DNA of 64,000 nucleotides from Acidobacteriota bacterium (GTDB lineage Bacteria; Acidobacteriota; UBA6911; RPQK01; JAJDTT01): NCBI GenBank assembly GCA_965217775.1, contig CBDCJH010000002.1, positions 3,488,001 to 3,552,000 of the forward strand, read 5' to 3'. Shown piece by piece: positions 57,896 to 64,000 of this stretch (position 1 is its first letter; each line of letters starts with the position of its first letter). The notes under the pieces were generated by a model. It saw only the letters and a program-made list of their open reading frames with translations, ran no database searches and was not told where the DNA came from. The position numbers and the translations under genes were made by a program.

Positions 57896-60019
57896 TCAAC
57901 CCACGTCGAAGAGACCGAATCGACTCCGCCACTGGTCCGCCAACTCGGCCAGTCGGTCCTTACCCTCTCCCTTCGGTTCCCGAGTCAAAAAGGTCAAATG
58001 ATCCAGAGCCTCCCGGGCCGCCAACTCCAGCAGGCGGCGGTCCCGGACGATGTTGCCGAACTGGAACTGGGGAACCCCCGACTGCCGGGTCCCCACGAAC
58101 TCCCCCGGGCCCCGAATCTCCAGGTCCTCCTCGGCGATGCGGAAGCCGTCGGAAGTCCGGCACATGATATCCAAGCGGCGGAAGGCATTCTCGGATCGAG
58201 CGCCGCCGGTCATGAGGACACAGGTCCCCTGGTGGCTTCCCCGCCCGATTCGGCCCCGCAACTGGTGGAGCTGGGAGAGGCCGAACCGGTCGGCATGCTC
58301 CACCACCATAACGGTCGCGTTGGAAACATCCAGACCCACCTCCACGACCGTCGTCGCGACCAGAATCCGTATCGTTCCATCCCGCAGGGCCTCCATCTGC
58401 GCAGCTTTCTCCTCACTCTTGAGACGTCCGTGGATCAGACCTACTTCATAGCCCGGGAACACTTCCCGAAGCTGTCCGGTCATCTCCTCGGCGGCGCGCA
58501 GCTCCAGCTTGTCCGATTCCTCGATCAACGGATACACCACGTACGCTTGCCGGCCCTGGGCCAGTTCCCGCTTCAGGAGATCGTAGACCCGGTTGCGGTC
58601 CCGTTCCGAATAGAGGACCGTCTCGACCGGCTGGCGGCCCGGAGGAAGCTCGTCCAGCACCGAAAGGTCCAGATCGCCGTAGACCGTCAAGGCCAGGCTC
58701 CTGGGAATTGGCGTGGCCGTCATGATCAACACGTCGGGCTGATCCCCCTTCCCCATGAGCCGGGACCTTTGCAGAACTCCGAAACGGTGTTGCTCGTCGA
58801 TCACCGCCAGACCCAGATCCTGAAACCGGACCGGGGCCTCGATCAGGGCGTGCGTCCCGATGACCAGTTGGACGCCACCCGACCGGATCTGCTCCAGGAT
58901 CTCCCGGCGCCGCTTGCCCCGGACCCGGCCCGTGAGCAGCGCCAACCCGTAGTCGGTGCTCCGCAAGTATTGCGAAAGAGTTCGGAAGTGCTGCTCGGCC
59001 AGGATCTCCGTCGGCGCCATGAGAGCGGCCTGGAATCCGTTTTCCAGCACCACCACCATGGCCTGGAGGGCAACGATGGTCTTGCCCGATCCCACGTCGC
59101 CATGGAGCAGCCGCCTCATGACGTTGTTGCTGCGCAGATCGCCGACGATCTCGCCGACCACTCTCTTCTGGGCGGAGGTGGGATGGAAGGGAAGGATCCC
59201 CTTCACCACCTCGCGAATCCGGTTGTTGATCTCGATCCGCCGGGTCTTGGGCAGGGACTCCCGGTCACGGCGCACCACCTGGAGACCCAGGTGAAACAGA
59301 AAAAACTCCTCGAAGACGAGTCTGCGCTGAGCCGGTGTCGCGCTCGACTCCAGTTCTTCCAGGAAAGCCTCTCGCTCCCGATCCTCCGGCAGGGAGGGGA
59401 AATGGAGTTCCCGCCACGCCCGGCGGCGGTCCGGGAGGCCGTGCTTCTTGAGCAATCGGTCCGGAATCGGGTCCTGCATGTCGGGCTGCAATTGGGACAG
59501 GGCGCGATAGACGATGGTGCGCAGAGACCGGGTGGTCAGTTTTCCCACCCGCCGGTAGATGGGTACGATCCGTCCGGAATGGATCGCCGGTTCCGACGAC
59601 GAGTCCATAAGCTCCCATTCCGGGTTCAGCAGCACCGGGCGGAGAGTGTAATCGTCGCGGCGAACACGACCGTAGAGAATCAGCCGCTGACCGTTGCGGA
59701 GGACCCGCTGGAGGTAGGGCTGATTGAAGAACTTGACGTTCAGGGCTCCCGAACGGTCCTCGACGACCAGCTCGAAGATCCGGACCTTCTTCATCGGGGT
59801 GGAGTAGTTCCCGCAGACGGCGATCTCACCCTCCACCAGGGCGTCTTCTCCGACCCGAAGCTGGTCCATGGGGCGGAAGCTGGACCGGTCCTCATAGCGA
59901 AACGGCTTGTAGTTGAGAAGATCCTCCACGATGCCGATCTTGGCTTTCTGCAGCATGGCGGACCGGGCCGGTCCCACGCCCTTCAGGTACTGAACCGGCA
60001 CATTCAACTGCAGCGGCAT
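57896..60019 (-). CDS. recG: ATP-dependent DNA helicase RecG
   Basis: LKGVGP, GDVGSGKT, MAPTEILAEQH, DEQHRFG, MTATPIPR, QLRGRIGRG. Confidence 0.98.
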   Translation of the reverse strand: MPLQLNVPVQYLKGVGPARSAMLQKAKIGIVEDLLNYKPFRYEDRSSFRPMDQLRVGEDALVEGEIAVCGNYSTPMKKVRIFELVVEDRSGALNVKFFNQPYLQRVLRNGQRLILYGRVRRDDYTLRPVLLNPEWELMDSSSEPAIHSGRIVPIYRRVGKLTTRSLRTIVYRALSQLQPDMQDPIPDRLLKKHGLPDRRRAWRELHFPSLPEDREREAFLEELESSATPAQRRLVFEEFFLFHLGLQVVRRDRESLPKTRRIEINNRIREVVKGILPFHPTSAQKRVVGEIVGDLRSNNVMRRLLHGDVGSGKTIVALQAMVVVLENGFQAALMAPTEILAEQHFRTLSQYLRSTDYGLALLTGRVRGKRRREILEQIRSGGVQLVIGTHALIEAPVRFQDLGLAVIDEQHRFGVLQRSRLMGKGDQPDVLIMTATPIPRSLALTVYGDLDLSVLDELPPGRQPVETVLYSERDRNRVYDLLKRELAQGRQAYVVYPLIEESDKLELRAAEEMTGQLREVFPGYEVGLIHGRLKSEEKAAQMEALRDGTIRILVATTVVEVGLDVSNATVMVVEHADRFGLSQLHQLRGRIGRGSHQGTCVLMTGGARSENAFRRLDIMCRTSDGFRIAEEDLEIRGPGEFVGTRQSGVPQFQFGNIVRDRRLLELAAREALDHLTFLTREPKGEGKDRLAELADQWRSRFGLFDVG

Positions 60020-60076
60020 CCGGTCAATCTACCACTCCGGTACAGCAGGGGACGCCTTGGCGAGTGACGCGACACG

Positions 60077-60236
60077 CTGTCCGTGGTGAAAGTCCCGCGA
60101 GCACCGAGACCGTTCCTGCGCCCGCCGGACAAGGCGCGATTCGGGAGCATACCGGGAGTATGTGAGCGAATCGCAACACAGTCCGCGCACGATGCAGGGA
60201 CGGGTCGAATACCGTGACGACTTTCACCACGGGCTG
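60077..60236. repeat. 160-bp palindromic repeat/MITE, copy 2
   Basis: Terminal IR gtccgtggtgaaagtc/gactttcaccacgggc; same orientation as copy 1. Confidence 0.85.
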
Positions 60237-60250
60237 TTAACATAAAAGGT

Positions 60251-60811
60251 GTGAAGCGGATCCTCGCTGCAGTGCTCTTCCTGCCTCTCTTGGCTTGCGG
60301 CAAGAGCCTTGAGAAGCAGATCGTGGACGGCTTGAGCAATCTGGATCAGGTTCGGTTCGGCAAGGGGCAGGTCCAGGTCGAGAAGGTGCGACGGACCGGG
60401 AACCACGCCGTCGCCGAGGTGACCCTCAAGACCGCCGTCAAGCTCATTCGAATAGACCGGGCATGGGTCATCGAAGAGATACGGCTGGGCGACCGGCGAT
60501 GGGAAAAAGTGGAGACCATTCTGGCGGCGCTGGACGAGGAACGGTCGCTACGGACGCGATCCGACCTGAAGCTGATCGACTCTGCCATCGGCCGTTACCT
60601 CCGGGAGCGCGGGGAACTGCCTCCGGCCGAGAGCTTCGGTGAGCTGATGGACCACTTGGCCCCGGAGTACATGCAGCCCACCACCGAGCTGGATGGATGG
60701 TTCAACCCTTATGTTTTTCGGACCCTTTCGTCCCAGGACTACGATCTCCGGTCGGCCGGGCCCGACGGGGTCGCCCGAACCTCGGATGACGTGACGTTGG
60801 AGCGACCCTGA
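60251..60811 (+). CDS. Lipoprotein with GspG (T2SS pseudopilin) C-terminal-like domain
   Basis: Lipobox LLAC; DGWFNPY...YDLRSAGPDG...T.DD; no prepilin N-terminal motif. Confidence 0.7.
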   Translation: MKRILAAVLFLPLLACGKSLEKQIVDGLSNLDQVRFGKGQVQVEKVRRTGNHAVAEVTLKTAVKLIRIDRAWVIEEIRLGDRRWEKVETILAALDEERSLRTRSDLKLIDSAIGRYLRERGELPPAESFGELMDHLAPEYMQPTTELDGWFNPYVFRTLSSQDYDLRSAGPDGVARTSDDVTLERP

Positions 60812-61680
60812 TGCGAAGAGACACCAGTCTTCTGCTCGTGACTCTGGGCCTCTGCCTGGTTCTGCTGGTGGGGTACTCCCTCTACCGCTCCCTGCCCAAC
60901 CGGCTGCCCTGGATCCAGAGCTATGAACAGGCCCTGAAGGAAGCTCAGCTCGGAGACAAGCTCATCCTGGCGTACCTCTATACGGATTGGTGCGGCTACT
61001 GCAAGAAGATGGAGGCCGAGACCTTTACCGACAAGACCGTGATCGATGAGATGTCCGACAGTTACGTCTGGCTCAAGCTCAACGCCGAGACGGACGAGGA
61101 GGGCCGCCGGCTCCAGGAGAGGTTCAACATCACCGGCTATCCGGGTCTGCTCCTCCTGAACGGAGAGGGGCAGGAGATGGAACGGATCTCGGGTTTCGTC
61201 CCTGCGGGAGCCTTTCGGGAGCGGGTCGCGGCGGCGGCGGGCGGCCCGGGTTCCTTCGTCAGCCTCCTCCGCACGGCAGGCCGGGAACCCGAATCCGTCG
61301 ATGTCCAATATCGCCTGGCCGAGAAATACGTTGAGCGCGGGGAATTTTCCGCGGCCATCGAACGCCTGCGCCGAGTCATCGAACTGGATCCTGGCAACAG
61401 CTCGGGGAAGGCCGACCTGAGTTACTACTATCTGGCTCTGAGCCTGGCCTCCCAGGGGAACGAGGAGATGGCGCTGCTGGAACTCGATTCCCTGGATTCC
61501 AGCTTCCCCCGGAGCGACTACATCGCCGACGGCGCCTTCCTGAGGGGCCAGATCTATTACCACACCGGAAACCGGGACCAAGCCGAAGAGGTCCTCGCGG
61601 CTTACGTGCAGGACTTTCCGGAGCACGCCCACGTTCCCAAGGCCCGAGACATACTGGCGGAGAGAGAAGAAGCGGAGTAG
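60811..61680 (+). CDS. Thioredoxin-fold protein with TPR repeats
   Basis: TM anchor, WCGYC, GYP cis-proline motif, C-terminal TPR helices. Confidence 0.85.
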   Translation: MRRDTSLLLVTLGLCLVLLVGYSLYRSLPNRLPWIQSYEQALKEAQLGDKLILAYLYTDWCGYCKKMEAETFTDKTVIDEMSDSYVWLKLNAETDEEGRRLQERFNITGYPGLLLLNGEGQEMERISGFVPAGAFRERVAAAAGGPGSFVSLLRTAGREPESVDVQYRLAEKYVERGEFSAAIERLRRVIELDPGNSSGKADLSYYYLALSLASQGNEEMALLELDSLDSSFPRSDYIADGAFLRGQIYYHTGNRDQAEEVLAAYVQDFPEHAHVPKARDILAEREEAE

Positions 61681-61731
61681 GAAACCAACCGGCGGCGGGT
61701 CCCCGATCGATGGGAGCGAGACGATCTCCCG

Positions 61732-62331
61732 CTACAGCAGGTGGCCCAGCTTTTCCTTCTTGGTCTTGAGGTACTCCTGCGACACCGGGGAGGGTTCCAC
61801 GACCAGAGGAACTCGTTCCACCACCTGCAGCCCCTCGGCCTCCATGCCGCGTATCTTGTTGGGGTTGTTGGACATGAGCCGAATCCGGGAGATCCCCAAC
61901 CTGAGCAGCGCCAACGCGCAGAAACGGTAGGAGCGCAGGTCCGCCTCGAAACCCAGCCGGGCGTTGGCCTCGACCGTGTCGACTCCCTGATCCTGGAGCT
62001 GATACGCGTGAATCTTGTTCATCAGACCGATTCCCCGGCCTTCCTGAAGCTGATAGATGAGGACGCCGCTACCGGCCTCGGCAATTTTCCGAAGGGACCG
62101 TTCCAACTGTTCGCCGCAATCGCAACGGAGTGAGTGGAAGATGTCGCCGGTCATGCACTGGGAGTGGATCCGCACCAGGGGAGGCCTCCGGTCACTCAGA
62201 GGCCGGCGGACCAGCGCTACCAACTGCTCGTCGTCCTCTTCGCTCTCGAACCCGTAGATCCGGAACGGTCCGAAACGCGTGGGCAACGCCGCATTGGGCA
62301 CCGTGTCGAGACTCGCCAGGACCTCTCTCAT
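61732..62331 (-). CDS. ribA: GTP cyclohydrolase II
   Basis: VRIHSQC.TGD.F.S.RCDCG.QL, QEGRGIGL, NNPNK, K.EKLGHLL. Confidence 0.96.
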   Translation of the reverse strand: MREVLASLDTVPNAALPTRFGPFRIYGFESEEDDEQLVALVRRPLSDRRPPLVRIHSQCMTGDIFHSLRCDCGEQLERSLRKIAEAGSGVLIYQLQEGRGIGLMNKIHAYQLQDQGVDTVEANARLGFEADLRSYRFCALALLRLGISRIRLMSNNPNKIRGMEAEGLQVVERVPLVVEPSPVSQEYLKTKKEKLGHLL

Positions 62332-62346
62332 GGGCGCTGTATAGTA

Positions 62347-62943
62347 TCACTCTCGAGGGTGAGCGAGTGAACTCGCCGGCGTGGACCAGCGCTTCATTCC
62401 CTCGACCGGGATGTCGAAAACATCCAGGGCCCGCCCCAGACTGTGGTCCACCAGATCCTGAAGACTGTCGGGATGATGGTAAAAGGAGGGGATGGGCGGG
62501 GCGACGATCGCTCCCAACTCCGCGACTTCCACCAGCCGCCGGAGATGGCCCAGGTGAAGAGGAGATTCGCGCACCAGCAGCACCAGCGGCCTTCTCTCCT
62601 TCAGGGTGACGTCGGCCGCGCGGGTCAAGAGGTCCTTGGTAATGGAATTGGCCAGGCAGGAAACCGTATGGATCGAGCAGGGAGCCACGATCATGCCCCG
62701 GGTCTTGAAGGACCCGCTGGAAATCGCCGCCGCCATGTCTCCCGGTTCATGGACGACGTCGGCCAGATTCCGCACCTGGTCCAGGTCGTAGCCGGTTTCC
62801 AGCTCGACGGTCCTGGGCACGGTCCGCGTGTAGACCAGATGAGTCTCCACCCCGGAGACGCCGCGCAGGAGTTGCAGCAGCCGGATCCCGTAGATGGGCG
62901 CCGAAGCGCCGGACAACCCCACCACCAGGGGACGGGAACTCAT
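62347..62943 (-). CDS. ubiX: Flavin prenyltransferase UbiX
   Basis: GLSGAS..YG, ISSGSF, APCS, RAADVTLKERR, RESP. Confidence 0.96.
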   Translation of the reverse strand: MSSRPLVVGLSGASAPIYGIRLLQLLRGVSGVETHLVYTRTVPRTVELETGYDLDQVRNLADVVHEPGDMAAAISSGSFKTRGMIVAPCSIHTVSCLANSITKDLLTRAADVTLKERRPLVLLVRESPLHLGHLRRLVEVAELGAIVAPPIPSFYHHPDSLQDLVDHSLGRALDVFDIPVEGMKRWSTPASSLAHPRE

Positions 62944-63023
62944 GCATCCGCCTTTTCGGTTTGGGGGGTCATGGGAAGGCGTTCAACGCCGGCTCCCCGC
63001 CATGGTAACTGCAACAGCTCTGC

Positions 63024-63998
63024 TCACGCCCCCGATTCCGGGAGGTATTCGAGCCCTTGGGGAGCCCGCCACTCGTCGACCATGGAGGCTTGGTGGACGC
63101 ACGACACGGTGCAGTAGGGAGCGCAACTCTTTTCGGTCCGGTGCTCTCGCCGGATATCCGCCAGAGTGTATTCCGCCAGCGGAATCCCCGGGTACCCGCG
63201 CTGCTGGGAACAGTAGTGCACGAGTCCGTCTTCGCAGACGTACAGATACCGGGACCCGGCCCGGCAGCGCCAGTTGTTGGCCCGGCCGGCGGCCAGATTC
63301 TCCTGGAAGACCCGGTTGAGCCGCGAGTATCCCCGCTTTGCCATGCTCTTGACCTGATGGAAGATGCGCACCTCATCCGGGCTGAGGGGCTTGAGCCCGC
63401 CGTGTCCGTCATGGATGACGCCGACGGTGCAAGTGAACCCCAGCTCCACGGCTCGCCGTGCGATGATCAGGGCATCCTCGGGACGATTCACCCCGGAACC
63501 CAGGACCGTATTGATGTTGACCTGAAACTCGGCCAGTTCCGACAGGTACAGGAGTTTCTTGTCCAGCACCTTCAGACTCTTCATGGAGTTCCCGTCGGGC
63601 TTCACGTTGTCGATGCTGATCTGCAGATGCTCCAACCCGGAGCGATTCAGGGACCGGATTCTCTTGCGCGCCAGAAGGTAGCCGTTGGTGATGAGACCGG
63701 CGATCATGTTGCGGTCCCGGATCCGGGTGATGACGGACTCCAACTCCCGATGCATCAAAGGCTCTCCGCCGCTGATGGTGACGATTGAAGTCCCCAGCCG
63801 GGCCAGGTGATCGATTCGTTCCTGCATCACGCCGGTGGGGATGGGAGGTGAGAAGTCGTCGTACTCGTTGCAGTACGAACAGGAGAGATTGCAGCGCCGC
63901 ATGGGAATGATATGGGCCAGAATCGGGTGACGCTGGGAGAGCAGGGCTCGACTCACCATTTTCAACTCACGCACACGGATCCTGCAAGCTTGGAGTCT
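63024..63998 (-). CDS. Radical SAM protein (5' end probably outside the window)
   Basis: CNLSCSYC, SGGEPL, TNG; C-terminal Cys-rich region CRAG...C...CAPYCTVSC; frame open to the window edge. Confidence 0.9.
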   Translation of the reverse strand, partial: RLQACRIRVRELKMVSRALLSQRHPILAHIIPMRRCNLSCSYCNEYDDFSPPIPTGVMQERIDHLARLGTSIVTISGGEPLMHRELESVITRIRDRNMIAGLITNGYLLARKRIRSLNRSGLEHLQISIDNVKPDGNSMKSLKVLDKKLLYLSELAEFQVNINTVLGSGVNRPEDALIIARRAVELGFTCTVGVIHDGHGGLKPLSPDEVRIFHQVKSMAKRGYSRLNRVFQENLAAGRANNWRCRAGSRYLYVCEDGLVHYCSQQRGYPGIPLAEYTLADIRREHRTEKSCAPYCTVSCVHQASMVDEWRAPQGLEYLPESGA

Positions 63999-64000
63999 GC

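Overview
High-GC bacterial chromosome window; gene content and order suggest Acidobacteriota, possibly host-associated (inference only). (1) 1-9740: a type I restriction-modification locus (3' end of hsdM, hsdS, hsdR with a C-terminal AlbA_2/Schlafen domain). Four toxin-antitoxin modules are stacked between hsdM and hsdS (VapBC-like, Phd-RelE/ParE, AbiEi with truncated AbiEii, intact AbiEi-AbiEii), and decayed copies of the hsdM 3' end mark two of the module boundaries. (2) 10139-44891: mostly housekeeping genes (PBP1A, polyprenyl synthetase, tatD, metG, larC, argS, ffh-rpsP-khpA-rimM-trmD-rplS, selB, tatA, cutA, ftsB-like, dsbD, pyrRBC/pyrKD, secreted hydrolases), with small MITE/REP elements, a duplicated selB-spondin junction and a candidate sRNA. 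(3) 44.5-54.7 kb: an accessory island between duplicated esterase/M23 gene junctions. It holds a DUF4338-ISAs1 element, an ankyrin + Cys-rich secreted peptide operon, a second ISAs1 remnant, and a three-level nest: a 132-bp TA-flanked MITE containing an ORF-less group II intron that contains a RIT (three tyrosine recombinase) element. (4) 54.5-64 kb: M23 peptidase, coaD, ECF sigma, rsmD, recG flanked by two 160-bp structured repeats with compensatory changes, a GspG-like lipoprotein, thioredoxin-TPR, ribA, ubiX and a partial radical SAM gene. All calls come from reading the sequence and recalling motifs; no database searches were run.
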